In this document: positions 13,231-27,145 of the stretch, piece by piece
How positions within the stretch are numbered: position 1 is the stretch's first letter
Layout of the letters: every line of letters begins with the position of its first letter
Assembly (NCBI RefSeq): GCF_001194135.2
Contig: NC_068988.1
Span: forward strand, 46,356,743 to 46,420,742
DNA: 64,000 bases
Direction: 5' to 3'
Source of the DNA: Octopus bimaculoides
Lineage: Eukaryota
Position numbers and translations under genes: made by a program
The notes under the pieces: model-generated
What the model was told of the DNA's origin: nothing
The model's database searches: none
What the model saw: the letters and a program-made list of their open reading frames with translations, nothing else

Positions 13231-14085
13231 CATTATTATCATTATTATCCTTACGTCAATTGCTATTTTAAGTGTTAAGTCCTCTGTGAACCAAAAGCAC
13301 AATTTTATTTTCAATTCCATTTACTCTACTGCTGCCCTTGGGAATGGCATAAACATCACATAATCTTTCAATATAAATTTATGAACTTGTGCATAAGTTA
13401 AATAGAACAAAAAAAAAATAATAATAATAAAGCATCATTATTATGGTCGGTGTTCTTATTGTTGTTATAGTTTATAAAATTTTGTTTCGCTGTACTTGAT
13501 GTAAATGGAATATTTTCATTATGTCTCTGAAATTCCTTTTGTGTTTTATTAGTACATAAGTATACCCAAATTAGTCTGCATTTTGTTGATGCTAGTTTTG
13601 TTGCTTGATTATATTTATGTTTGTATTTTGTTCTATTGTTCTTTGTAGTGTTGTGATCTTGTTTTTGTTGTTGCTTTTTGGTTCTTTGTTGGTTTTGATC
13701 AAGCTTAATAGCTAAGTTGAGATAAAAGCCTTCTCTTAAAATGAAAACAAAAACACATATACAGTCAAACAAAGCACAACCAACAGAAGATAAAACCTTT
13801 TCCTCATCTCTTGCTTTATCTTCCGAGATAACAGGAACACCCTAGAAAGGTTCTCTGGCGGAACCATCTTCTTCAGTGTTTGAATTCCATTATTTGCCAT
13901 TCTGTTCTAGAAAAATGTTAATGGATTGGTATGTGCTGTGTTGTGTTGTGTGGTGTGTGCGTGAATGTGTGTGAGTGTGTGTGTGCTTGTATGTGTGTCT
14001 ATCTGAGTGTGTGTGTGTGTGTGGGGGGGGGTGTTCATGATTGACAGCATGGTTGATTTTTCTGTTGAAGTTCTCTAATGTGTCC

Positions 14086-14136
<51 letters not shown>

Positions 14137-14354
14137 GACACACACATACACACTGATATACACACATATATGTAATCTGTGCACATGTATGTGTTTATGT
14201 ATATATATTTGAATGCTTGTATGTTTATATGTAGGTTCAAGTCTATGCATATACATACATTCATACATACATACATACCTACATACATACATACATGCAT
14301 ACATACATGCATACATACATACATACGTACATACATACATACATGTGTGTCTAT

Positions 14355-14447
<93 letters not shown>

Positions 14448-14873
14448 TACAAGTGAGTGGACAAGTGAATGAAGAAGGCACTCAACACTTTTAGTAGAAG
14501 TTACATATATTATTCTTTAGAACAGCTTGATTCAGTTCCATGCAACTTAAAGTTTCACAGGCTTCTAACAGACACCTGGCTTTTTCAGGCTCAGATTCCT
14601 GAATTTGGTACCTGAGCGTGAATGAGCTGAAATGATGATGTGATGATGGCGATGTTATATAATATATATATATATAAAACGCTCACAAATTCACAGTCAA
14701 TATTTCAATGGTTTTAAGTGTATGCATATGTGTATTTATATGTGTTTGTGCCTGTGCATATGAGTGTGTATGCATTGACAGATGCAGGGACAGTTTGTAG
14801 TTTAGCAGTAAACCTTTAGCAATATGTGACCATAAGTTAGTTTTTGACACTTTGCCAGAACTAATACACCATA

Positions 14874-15090
14874 GGTGGCGAGCTGGCTGAAACGTTAGCA
14901 TGCCGGGCAAAATGCTTAGCCGTATTTCATCTGCCATGAAGTTCTGAGTTCAGATTCCGCCGAGGTCGACTTTGCCTTTCATCCTTTTGGAGTCGATAAA
15001 TTAAGTACCAGTTACTCACTGGAGTAGATCTAATCAACTTAATTCTTTTGTCTGTCCTTGTTTGTCCCGTGGGCAATAAAGAAATAAGAA
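14874..15090 (+). mobile_element. tRNA-derived SINE family A with tail type 2
   Basis: ggtggcgagctggctgaaacgttagc head, gagttcagattcc B-box-like motif, tail ttgtttgtcccgtgggcaataaagaaataag. Confidence 0.9.
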
Positions 15091-15209
15091 CTAATACACT
15101 ATACTTGAGATACATATGCTTGTTAGGGAAAAGCATGAACATCATGACTTCTACTACTATTGTACATAAAAATCATACTGCAGCCTTACTATTAATAGGG
15201 TTTATTGAA

Positions 15210-15480
15210 CCATCATCATCATCATTGTCGTTTAATGTCCACTTTCCAAATTGGCATGGGTTGGATGGTTTGACTGAGGACTGGCAAGCCAGGAGGCACA
15301 TCAGGCCCCAATCTGATTTGGCAAGGTCTACATCTGGATTCCCTTCCTAACACCAACCACAGTGACAGTGTAGTGGGTGGTTTTTACATGCCACCAATAT
15401 GGGGACCAGTCAGGTAATACTGGCATCAACCATTTTTGAATGGTGCTTTTTACGTGCCACCAGCACGGGAGCCAGTCAGG
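15210..15480 (-). mobile_element. Short repeat family E ((GAT)n-tailed)
   Basis: Reverse-complement match to the family E copy at 44596-44818; (CAT)n at the left end. Confidence 0.8.
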
Positions 15481-15791
15481 AGCAAATTAAATATTTGATA
15501 TGTGGTTTGATATATTTTTCTTTAGTTTAATATTCATTTTAATGGCTCAGTATAAAAAGGGAAGCAATTTCACCATTTTAATGGTCTCTAAGTGTAGTGG
15601 CAAGAAGTTGGTTATCCTAATATTAGACGACAGTTACAAATACTTCCTCTAGAGCGGATGTTGGTTAAAATAACCATTGAACTACCAGGTGGTGATAATA
15701 AGCCTAAGCCAAGAAACTGATTAAATCTATCACAGCATAGTAGAAAATGTGTGCATATGTACATGTACAACCTATTTATCACCGACACATA

Positions 15792-16637
15792 TGAGGTGCA
15801 TTCCAGAAGTTTTGAGATATTTTTAGGAGAAGCAGTTATAATTGTCTTGGATTATTGTAATTTAAGTATATCATTACTATACATCTAATATGTTGACCAG
15901 CCAACGTTTATTATTCCAGATTGAAAGAGATGGCTGTAAGTCTGTAAATAACTCTTTGAATATATCCCAGTAAAGACTGCCTGTCACAGCTGACTAGATT
16001 GCAGAATGAAGTCAGGATGTGGAAATAATATGGAAGCTCCCTCAATAAAGTTTTGTTAAACTGGACAAAAATGCTACAGAAACTTGTGAAATGTTTCAGA
16101 CTGCTTATGAATTAATTTATATGAACCAAGGATCTTTTCTTTACTGTCACAAAAGGTCAGACAAAGCAAGTCCATTAGTAAACATGATGATTCTCTTTTT
16201 TACTAGTGAGTTCCTTTGATCAGACAATCAGCAAGGAATACTTTGTGGTGGTTTTGAAGGAGACCAGGGAGAGATTTCATTGCAAAAGCCCAGAGCACCG
16301 GCATCAAGACAGTGCACCAGTCCACATTTCCATATTGGTAACCAACTACTTGACAGAGATGGGCATCGAAACTATCTATTAGCATCCCTTACAGTCAAGA
16401 TCTTGCCTCCTGTGACTTTTGGTTGTTTCTCAAGATGAAGGAGAAGGTGAGAGAGGCTGTGGCGAGTGTCCTGGACACTTTCTCTTTGGGGGACTTCCAC
16501 AGGACCTTCACGAAGTGGCTAGAGTATTACATCAATTGAATTAAAATCAGAGGAGATTGGAAGGAGATTGGAGTTTTTACCCCTTTAAATTAATGTGTTT
16601 CTCCAAAAATGTTTCAAAACTTCTAGAATGCACGTTG
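15792..16637 (+). mobile_element. mariner element, internally deleted, both TIRs present
   Basis: TIRs tgaggtgcattccagaagttttgaga and tttcaaaacttctagaatgcacgttg, flanked by TA. Peptides VKLDKNATETCEMFQTAY and PYSQDLASCDFWLFLKMK (YSPDLAP motif). Confidence 0.9.
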
Positions 16638-17734
16638 TACTCCAGTGCATACACCTCCATGTTTTGACATCCTTTTATGGAAGATTGAAAATGAAGCACA
16701 CTTCTTCCATAAAGTGCTGTTTATTTACAACTATTGTGTAATGTCATGGCAAGTCAAAAACATGCACCCAGTCATCCGCATACACATATTACTCACATAC
16801 ACACACACACACATACATATACACACACTTCTTTCATTTCTTTCACTTCCTATCTATCGGTCCACTCACAAGTATTTGGCTGGTCCTAATTATCATAGAA
16901 GACATTTGCCTGAAGTGCCGCACAATAGGGCTGAATCCATGCCAGCCCTTCTGCATCCACCAAGGTGACAGTGAGCCTCTAGAGATCTTCTTCAATCACG
17001 TCCAGCCCATAGAATGTGGTAATCTGTCAGATGTCTTTTACAGATAAACAAATGCTTGACATAATGGCTTGTTTTTGTTAAGAACTTCTTTTGTGAATGA
17101 TTCAACAAGGAGAAGGTAACAATGTTTGAACAATTTTGCACAATTCTCTTCATTGTCTTCTATTTCTGTCACCCTCTTGCATCTACCTTTGCTCTCTTTC
17201 CTATCATTCTCTCAGTCATACCAACAACCGTATAGCTGCTCATCACAACTTCATTCTTTCTTCTATTACTCTCTCCCTCTCTCTAATACCATGTTGTTTA
17301 ACCTATCACTCTAGTCCTTTTCTTTCACTCATCAGTCTACCTTTTACTCCAGAAATGGCGGGACAAAAGGAACAAAATAACAAATTAATAGTAGAGAAGA
17401 GGAGCTGCTCTTTAGTATCACTAGTGATTAGACAACTATGTGATACTGATGAATAAATAGAATCAATGTACAGTAAAAAGGGTACTTCACCTTACTGTGG
17501 TACTGCTATCAAATTAGTCACACTATTATCATGTTACTGAGACAGTACTTAATCTTACTCTAGTACTGCTGTCACCAGTTATAATACTATCATGTTACTG
17601 TGATATGGCTATCTTTTTACAATCACACTGCAATCAACTTATTTCAATACTACTGTGATCTTACAATGACATTGCTATCATAACTTTCCTCTCACACAAC
17701 CATAACCTTACAGTAATACTCTGTTTCTTTATAG

Positions 17735-17799
17735 GCACACTGCTATTGCAACAAGAATTTTCCTTCCCAAGACACAAGACATCAATTTTATAGAGCATG
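17735..17799 (+). CDS. Candidate exon (AHCYCNKNFPSQDTRHQFYRA or xHTAIATRIFLPKTQDINFIEH)
   Basis: Acceptor ctgtttctttatag, donor ATG|GTAAGT, 65 nt. It is open in the same two frames, and closed in the same frame, as 8849-8958. Confidence 0.35.
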
Positions 17800-18948
17800 G
17801 TAAGTATTGCAGTGTCATTCATGCCTTTCCAAATGTCATTATCGAGATGAGATATATGAAATAGTTTCAACTGGATATTGAAACCAAATTGTATTCTTGA
17901 CATACTATGGCTTATATGCATAGAAAACCATTATTCCTGTTCTCCTCTCAAAATCTGATTCAGTCTAAATCCATGGTGCAGCTGTCTGGCTGTAGCTTTT
18001 ATTCTTGTTCAATATCAAAATATCTTTCTCTCCCCCACCATACACATACATTTCCATGCATACATACACAGTCATGCATGGGAAATGTCCACTTAAATAT
18101 AAGATCCCTAAATCTTGGACAATCCTTTACCAACAATAATAACTAACATCCATCCATCCATCAATTCTTTATTAGTTTAAAACAACAACAACTACCACCA
18201 TCAAAGTTTTATAAATATACATTATCAAACTTCAAAGCTATAACTTATTGAGGGTTGACAAGAACAAAAACTAGAAGAATAAAAAAACATGAAACAATCT
18301 CTCTCAAGTCCAGTCTAGTCCCAGAATGCATCTGTTAGATGCATGCTGGGACAAATATCTGAAATGTGTGAATATTACTTGCAGAAGTCATTCGTGCAGA
18401 GGTATCAATCATATTTATGCAGCTTTTTCTTAAAGATTATCAAAGTTTAATATCATAGCCATAATATTGTCATGCCTATCTTACATATTATTATATTTTC
18501 TTTAATATTATTATTTTCTTCTTCTTTTTCTTTCATATTTCCTGTTCCTTTTATGCTATATTTCATTATCATTTTCTTAACTCACTTTTTATTATTTTTC
18601 TTTTTCGGTTAATTTTTCTCTGTAAATAATAAGCATATATATAACTTTGGACTAAACTGACCGATAAAAGCTGCAGGACGTAATGGTCAAGTGATGTGTA
18701 AGTAATACAGTTTACAGCCACAACCATCAAAGTATTACTTCATCATGTGCTGCATCTGACCCGTAATCCTAAACCTATTTCAATAGATTTAAGCCAATAT
18801 CAATGGTGAGACTACTAAATATAAAAAAAAATATTACATATATAGGCGTGCTTATATATATATGCATATACATGGACATGTGCAAACATACATACTTATT
18901 GATATGTGTGTGAGTGTATACATACATATAAGTATATATATGTAAGCG

Positions 18949-18999
<51 letters not shown>

Positions 19000-19098
19000 G
19001 TATGTATATATGTGAGTATATATATATGTGTATATATAAGTGTATATATATATGTATACACACGCACACATGTATATGTATGTATGTGTGTCTATGTA

Positions 19099-19139
<41 letters not shown>

Positions 19140-19289
19140 ATGTATGCATATAAAATGAAATCAGGTAAACTATCTAGACACACACACACATATACACACT
19201 TATACATTCCCATATATTGTTTTACAGTTTTACACATATGTACGTCTGTATGTATTTATATATACTCACCCTAACACACACTCACATGC

Positions 19290-19365
<76 letters not shown>

Positions 19366-20563
19366 ATGTGTGTGTGTGTGTTTGTATATAAAAACGTGTA
19401 TACATGAATGTGAGTGGGCTTATGTATGAGTATATATGTCTGTTTGAGTATATAGTTATATATTTATATCCACATGCACACACGCGTACACACACATGCA
19501 CACAAACAGACATATACACACACACACACACACACATATGCACACACACATTTATAAGCTCATAATAAACAAGGTATCTGATCCGTTATCAAAGAGTGAT
19601 ATCTAACAGGATTTTCTTTCCTGTCAAATCCACCACCACCACCACCACCACCACCACCACCACCACCACNNNNNNNNNNNNNNNNNNNNNNNNNNNNNNN
19701 NNNNNNNNNNNNNNNNNNNNNNNNNNNNNNNNNNNNNNNNNNNNNNNNNNNNNNNNNNNNNNNNNNNNNNNNNNNNNNNNNNNNNNNNNNNNNNNNNNNN
19801 NNNNNNNNNNNNNNNNNNNNNNNNNNNNNNNNNNNNNNNNNNNNNNNNNNNNNNNNNNNNNNNNNNNNNNNNNNNNNNNNNNNNNNNNNNNNNNNNNNNN
19901 NNNNNNNNNNNNNNNNNNNNNNNNNNNNNNNNNNNNNNNNNNNNNNNNNNNNNNNNNNNNNNNNNNNNNNNNNNNNNNNNNNNNNNNNNNNNNNNNNNNN
20001 NNNNNNNNNNNNNNNNNNNNNNNNNNNNNNNNNNNNNNNNNNNNNNNNNNNNNNNNNNNNNNNNNNNNNNNNNNNNNNNNNNNNNNNNNNNNNNNNNNNN
20101 NNNNNNNNNNNNNNNNNNNNNNNNNNNNNNNNNNNNNNNNNNNNNNNNNNNNNNNNNNNNNNNNNNNNNNNNNNNNNNNNNNNNNNNNNNNNNNNNNNNN
20201 NNNNNNNNNNNNNNNNNNNNNNNNNNNNNNNNNNNNNNNNNNNNNNNNNNNNNNNNNNNNNNNNNNNNNNNNNNNNNNNNNNNNNNNNNNNNNNNNNNNN
20301 NNNNNNNNNNNNNNNNNNNNNNNNNNNNNNNNNNNNNNNNNNNNNNNNNNNNNNNNNNNNNNNNNNNNNNNNNNNNNNNNNNNNNNNNNNNNNNNNNNNN
20401 NNNNNNNNNNNNNNNNNNNNNNNTGGTTGTAGTAGTAGTAGTGGTGATAGCAGCAGTGATAACAACAATAGTAGTAGTAGTAGTAGTAGTAGCAGCAGTA
20501 GCAGCAGTAGCAGCAGCAGTAGTAGTAGTAGTAGTAGCAGCAGCAGCAGTAGTAGTAGTAATG

Positions 20564-20624
<61 letters not shown>

Positions 20625-20625
<1 letters not shown>

Positions 20626-20915
20626 CCTTTCTTCTATAGGCACAAGGCCTGAAATTTGGCGGGTGGAGGGGGGACCAGTCAATTAGATCGACTCCTAGTA
20701 CACAACTGGTACATGATTTATCAACTCCCAAAAGGATGAAATGCAAAGTGGATCTCAGTGGAATTTGAATTCAGAGTGTAAGGGTGATTTAAATGCTGCT
20801 AAGCAATTCTCCTGCCATGCTAATAATTCTAGCAAGGATGAAAGGCAAAGTTGGCCTTGGTGGATTTTGAGCTCAGAACACGAGGACAGATGAAATGCTG
20901 CTAAGGTTTTTGCCC
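20625..20915 (-). mobile_element. SINE family A with tandemly duplicated head
   Basis: Tail type 1 at the left, with two successive head segments (aaatgctgctaag..). Confidence 0.75.
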
Positions 20916-20934
20916 ATTGTATGAATGATCTTAC

Positions 20935-21215
20935 TAGGGAGAGCAATGCCTGTCATCGCCACAGAAGGAAGAAGCAGGTTAAGGAAGAGGTCAATACCTT
21001 CGAGAGAGCACGTATTCTGCATGAAGAACTTAAATGTGCTGCTCGAAAGTGCATTGCTGGTGTAGTGAATGGGGAAAGTTTGGTTTGCAGTCATGTATGC
21101 TTGTCAACCAACAGAGCCGCAAATGCAAAATATAAGTTAATCCTAGAGCACACAATGTTCCTGAAAGTCACAATGGTTTTCCTCGTTCACGAGTGGATGG
21201 CCCTCATCATGTATG
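20935..21215 (+). mobile_element. RTE-clade LINE 3' end relic
   Basis: Peptide KKQVKEEVNTFERARILHEELKCAARK..LVCSHVCLS resembles RTE C-termini; it ends in catcatgtatgtatg repeats. Confidence 0.7.
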
Positions 21216-21387
21216 TATGTATGGATGGATGGATGTATGGATGGATGGATGTATGGATGGATGTAATTGTCTATCTATCTATATCTCTTTATCTATTGAT
21301 ACATATATATATGATCAAATGTAATGACAAGGAAGTTGGGCGAGTCGATTTACACAGAATATTAAATACATTTAATAGAAAAAAATG

Positions 21388-21636
21388 TACATCATCATCA
21401 TCATCATCATCATCGTTTAACGTCCGCTTTCCATGCTAGCATGGGTTGGACGATTTGACTGAGGACTGGTGAAACCGGATGGCAACACCAGGCTCCAATC
21501 TAATTTGGCAGAGTTTCTACAGCTGGATGCCCTTCCTAACGCCAACCACTCAGAGAGTGTGGTGGGTGCTTTTACGTGTCACCCGCACGAAAACGGCCAC
21601 GCTCGAAATGGTGTCTTTTATGTGCCACCCGCACGG
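21388..21636 (-). mobile_element. Short repeat family E, young copy
   Basis: Nearly identical over ~165 nt to 44596-44818 in reverse complement. Confidence 0.9.
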
Positions 21637-22017
21637 ATATAAAATAGTTGAACTTACAGACAATAAATAATATTAGGAGTTAAATGGGTAGAGTTTTAGG
21701 AGTCCAGCAGCTGTGTCTAGGGGCTTGATGGTTAGGAATAATGATAGTTACTTGAATCAGTTATTGGATAATACCACCTCCATCTTCAGGGGATAATTTT
21801 ACATTGGAGACTTTTACATCTGAGTTGTTGACAGGCTGGAGATTAAAGATGGAATATATCCGTACACATGTACATTTTTCCAATTAAATGTATTTAATAT
21901 TTTGTGTAAATCAACTTGCTTAACTTACTTGTCATTTACTCATCTACCAGCTCAAGTTCAAATCTCTTGAGCACTTCAAAGTGTATTCTATATAGAAAAC
22001 AGCTGCCTCTAACCTAC

Positions 22018-22054
<37 letters not shown>

Positions 22055-22084
22055 CAGAGAGATAGAGAGAGAGAGAGAGAGACT

Positions 22085-22280
22085 GGCCCTCGTGCTGGTG
22101 GCACATAAAAGCACCCACTACACTCTCAGAGTGGTTGGCTTTAGGAAGGGCATGCAGCTGTAGAAACTCTGCCAGATCAGATTGGAGCCTGGTGCAGCCT
22201 TCTGGCTTGCCCTCAATCAAATCATCCAACACATGGCAGCATGGAAAGTGGACGTTAAACGATGATGATGAGGATGATGA
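22085..22280 (+). mobile_element. Short repeat family E
   Basis: gtggttggctttaggaagggcatgcagctgtagaaactctgcc..gacgttaaacgatgatgat. Confidence 0.85.
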
Positions 22281-22464
22281 TATATATATATATATATATA
22301 TAAAACAAATAATAAATAATAAATGAGTATATGCATATATACGTACAGGTATGTGCATACCTACGTCTACCTGTATATATAGGTGCATATCTGGGTACAG
22401 GACATTGCAAACAAAAAATAGACATATATATATATACATATACATATATATATAATAAAAATAA

Positions 22465-22690
22465 ATGTGCCTTTTAAAGCCTAGCCAGGCTCATGGGCCC
22501 ATTTTACCGGTTTCAATGGCGTATGTCTTCTCCAGCTGGACAGGATATTATTCATTTTTGCCAGCTGAGTGGACTGGAGCAACGTGAAATGAAGTGTTTT
22601 GCTCAAGAACACAACATGTCGCTCGTCCAGGAATCGAAACCACAATCTTACGATTATGATGCTGACACCCTAATCACTAGGCCACACGCC
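22465..22690 (-). mobile_element. tRNA-derived SINE family C
   Basis: Minus-strand head gcgtgtggcctagtgattagggtgtc..gtttcgattcctgg, followed by gttcttgagcaaaacacttcatttcacgttgctccagtccactcagctg. Confidence 0.8.
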
Positions 22691-22900
22691 TCCACCATAT
22701 ATATATATATTATATAAATGTATATAAGTATGTATGCTCAAAGCGACACACACACACATACACACGCACACCCATACACACAAATAGAACTCAGCCTAGA
22801 GTTATTGCAAAAATCACTTGCCCAGTGCAGTGGAACTGAATCCACTATGAAGTGGTGATGAAGAGAATTTCTTAAACAAAGAGCCATTATTATCCTCATA

Positions 22901-22933
<33 letters not shown>

Positions 22934-23596
22934 NNNNNNNNNNNNNNNNNNNNNNNNNNNNNNNNNNNNNNNNNNNNNNNNNNNNNNNNNNNNNNNNNNN
23001 NNNNNNNNNNNNNNNNNNNNNNNNNNNNNNNNNNNNNNNNNNNNNNNNNNNNNNNNNNNNNNNNNNNNNNNNNNNNNNNNNNNNNNNNNNNNNNNNNNNN
23101 NNNNNNNNNNNNNNNNNNNNNNNNNNNNNNNNNNNNNNNNNNNNNNNNNNNNNNNNNNNNNNNNNNNNNNNNNNNNNNNNNNNNNNNNNNNNNNNNNNNN
23201 NNNNNNNNNNNNNNNNNNNNNNNNNNNNNNNNNNNNNNNNNNNNNNNNNNNNNNNNNNNNNNNNNNNNNNNNNNNNNNNNNNNNNNNNNNNNNNNNNNNN
23301 NNNNNNNNNNNNNNNNNNNNNNNNNNNNNNNNNNNNNNNNNNNNNNNNNNNNNNNNNNNNNNNNNNNNNNNNNNNNNNNNNNNNNNNNNNNNNNNNNNNN
23401 NNNNNNNNNNNNNNNNNNNNNNNNNNNNNNNNNNNNNNNNNNNNNNNNNNNNNNNNNNNNNNNNNNNNNNNNNNNNNNNNNNNNNNNNNNNNNNNNNNNN
23501 NNNNNNNNNNNNNNNNNNNNNNNNNNNNNNNNNNNNNNNNNNNNNNNNNNNNNNNNNNNNNNNNNNNNNNNNNNNNNNNNNNNNNNNNNNNNNNNN

Positions 23597-23639
<43 letters not shown>

Positions 23640-23749
23640 CATACATACATACATACACAAACACACATTAATATAGATGCATGTGTATATATGTTGATAT
23701 ATACATATATGTATTATATATATGTGTGTATATATATATATACATATAT

Positions 23750-24260
23750 ATATAAACAAAACAAAAAAATGAAACAAGAAGGTAACAAGCAACAACAAAA
23801 CATTCGGACAGTTAGATGATACAAAATACAAAAAAGGACAGGATAAAACAAGGATGGGTCATTCAGAGATTTCAATCTTCAGTTGACTACAAGATCTTCT
23901 TTGCAGTTTCAGCCAGTTACTCTCAAGACTACTCTTAGAAAACCTAAGCTCCAAGAAAATCTAAGCTATTGGCTCTAGATTCTTTGGAAGAAAGTGAATG
24001 AATGTATACGAAAAGAAAGATGCAGACGGAGAAATGCTACACAATTACCAAACAAACAACAGGTGTCTTTCGACTAAAGACAAAGTAAATTAAGATGATG
24101 TGTGTGGAAGTGAAGCCTTACAGCAGGAACATAGAAGATAAAAGTCATGGGAAAGAATATAAGAGATGCTATATGGATGGTAGTTGAAACAAGAAAGGTC
24201 AGACTTGGCTGAACACCGGTCACATGGAAGGAGAGGAGAAAGGTGGGGGTAGAGAGATTG
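23750..24260 (-). mobile_element. Probable Penelope-like 3' tail relic
   Basis: Pyrimidine-rich minus strand with a badly decayed hammerhead-like segment, abutting (TA)n. No peptide motif recognised. Confidence 0.35.
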
Positions 24261-24450
24261 AAGAATTAAAGAGGCATGAGAAAGAGAGAAAAAAGGAAAG
24301 AGACAGAGGTGAAGTAAAGGAAGAGGGAAAGTGATGCGAACGAAAGGAAAGCCAAGAAATGTGAGAGAGGGTGGGAGCGGGAAAAAGAAAATTGGATGGA
24401 ACGAAGAGAGTGTGAGGAGGCTAAAGGAAAGAGTAAAAGTATCATACAGA

Positions 24451-24498
<48 letters not shown>

Positions 24499-24644
24499 GA
24501 AATATTTTATTTACATACATATATATATATGTATATATGTAAATTAAATATTTCACAGACTGTTTCTTAGAATTTCTGTCCTATTATAAGGCACATGTGT
24601 AGATACACTCATGCACACAGTTACACAACTATATTCTTTTCTAC

Positions 24645-24847
24645 TCTAGGCACAAGGCCCGAAATTTTGGGGGAGGACGCCAGTCAGTTAGATTGACCCC
24701 AGTACGCAACTGGTACTTAATTTATCGACCTCGAAAGGATGAGCAGCAAAGTTGACCTTGGCAGAATTTGAACTCAGAACATAAAGACACACAGAATACA
24801 GCTAAGCATTTCACCCAGCGTGCTAACGCTTCTGCCAGCTCACCGCT
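24645..24847 (-). mobile_element. SINE family A, well-preserved copy, tail type 1
   Basis: Reverse complement matches family A over the full length. Confidence 0.9.
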
Positions 24848-25209
24848 TTTATGAATATAATATCCAGATCTATATTGAAGCTGAAATGACTTCATAAGCC
24901 TGCACAGAATTTCAGAAAACTGATCATCAGACAATCATGAGTACCTAGAACAAAACTTTGGCTTATAAGTATTTGCAAATGGTGTAGTAATTATTATATC
25001 ACTATTCATCAAATAAGCATTTAAAACTGATTGGACAGGACATTATTAATATTGAAAATGACAGGAATCTTGCATCAGTGCCAAATACATGTTGTCAGTT
25101 GTACTATTTGTATCTTTTAACCTGACTTTCATCTCCCCTTTTCATTTTTGCTTGTCTTTTTCTTGTTTCTTGTTTGTCCTTCTCCCTTTGTCCTTTCTTT
25201 CTCTTTCTT

Positions 25210-25260
<51 letters not shown>

Positions 25261-25281
25261 TTCTCTCTCTNNNNNNNNNNT

Positions 25282-25352
<71 letters not shown>

Positions 25353-25376
25353 TCTGTACTTCCTCTTTCTTTCTAG

Positions 25377-25432
25377 CATCTACTCGTTTCCTATCTGGTT
25401 TTTTATATGATTCCAACTCCTCTTCCTTTGCT
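25377..25432 (+). CDS. Candidate exon (xSTRFLSGFLYDSNSSSFA)
   Basis: Acceptor tcctctttctttctag (may derive from the adjacent CT microsatellite), donor GCT|GTAAGC, phase 1 to phase 0. Confidence 0.2.
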
Positions 25433-26020
25433 GTAAGCTTATTTATTTAATTTTAGTTATGCACTTTTTCAACATTTTTGTTGTTGTTTGTGATACTTAT
25501 CCATCCTCTGGGACACTGGAAACTCAACAATGTTGTCCTTTATGACTTTTTCAAACCTAAAACCATTTGCTAGTGTCACAATATTGCTCCAAATTTGATG
25601 TAGAAGAATTACTATACGATTCCATTTAGTTGAAGGGTTATCAGATTCATCAACACTTCACTCCTTCTAGCTCCAGCTTAAGCTATAAACATCCCACTTT
25701 CAATTCACACACAGGCACAAACATATTCCTTTGTGTTGACATACAATATATATAGATACAGGCATTACTAACATAGTAATGCTATTACTGTGTTTTACAG
25801 TTTGTTATTTAAAAGCTGATGGGCATTTAAATAGTGGTAGTGTTGGTGTTGGTTATATATGTTTTGGTGATGGTCACCCCTCATTGATTTAGTTAACAAA
25901 TATTTCATTCCACTTTTAAAATACACTAGCATATCACATCCCAGGCCATTTTCTTTTATTTTAGTTAGATTGCTTACCTTGTTCATACAATCGTTGCAGT
26001 CATTGTTGTCATCATATATA

Positions 26021-26074
<54 letters not shown>

Positions 26075-26101
26075 TACATATATATATATACTCATACACA
26101 T

Positions 26102-26145
<44 letters not shown>

Positions 26146-26500
26146 GAGAGAGCAACCTTTTGATCTAAGAGGATACATACAAACACTCACACAAATAAAC
26201 ATTCCTTGTGGAAAAATTCTATCCATAGTCCATAAGTGGTTTTCATGACGCATCCAAAAACGCTTGTTTACACTCACATAGACACACAGCACAGACAGAC
26301 TCACAGATATTTATATATGTGCAAGTGCAAATGGTAATTATAGTTTTTCAAGTTGCTAACTATAATGTGATCTTAACTGAAATGCCAAGAAACAGTCTTT
26401 TAAGTAAGAAGAAAATACAGCTTTGAAATTGTTATAATATATTTGATTTTCTGTCAGTAAGAACTCCATAACCAGAGGTAATAGCGATATGGATGAGGTC

Positions 26501-26531
<31 letters not shown>

Positions 26532-26542
26532 ATACACACATG

Positions 26543-26602
<60 letters not shown>

Positions 26603-27108
26603 TATATATGTTTGTTTGTGTGTCTGTGTGTATGTACACACAAGCATTTATACATGCATGATTTTATGTGTGCTTACATATACATACATATATACACATG
26701 CATATATACATACATAAATACATATATACATACATATATACATACATATATAAATATATATATATATATAGATATATATATATGTGTGTGTCTGAGTGTG
26801 TGTATGAACATACACATCTTAGTACTTTTCTCATTAATTCTGATGAAGCATAGCATTTTTTACACTCATTAGAAAATATAACTGCTATCAATGTAACTTT
26901 TTTTAATTAGCTCATATATTCTTGGCTTCATTTGATCACTCTGTAAAGCTTTAGTGGAAGCTAATGGCCTGGACTGGTGTATGTGTGTGTGCATGTGTGT
27001 GTGTGTGTGCATGTGTATGTGTGTGTGTGTCTGTTTCCGTGTATGAGCGATTATATATAGTTGTTTTGTGTCTATAATATAAGTCATCTATGATCTTTAT
27101 CTGTTCAA

Positions 27109-27145
<37 letters not shown>

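Noticed and set aside
13835-13880. aacac..ggttc/gaacc..gtgtt nested stems with CUGAAGA on minus
   Set aside because: There is no GAAA after stem II on the same strand, so it is not a hammerhead.
14526-14607. Open frame LDSVPCNLKFHRLLTDTWLFQAQIPEF after an AG
   Set aside because: Weak donor, and phase-incompatible with the next strong exon candidate.
17480-17700. Degenerate ~33/66-bp periodicity as a CRISPR-like or coding repeat
   Set aside because: Units are highly diverged with no constant repeat-spacer layout; it is an eroded minisatellite in a eukaryotic context.
21790-21830. CUGAAGA motifs here (minus) and near 4850 (plus)
   Set aside because: They lack a correctly placed GAAA-stem III-UH.
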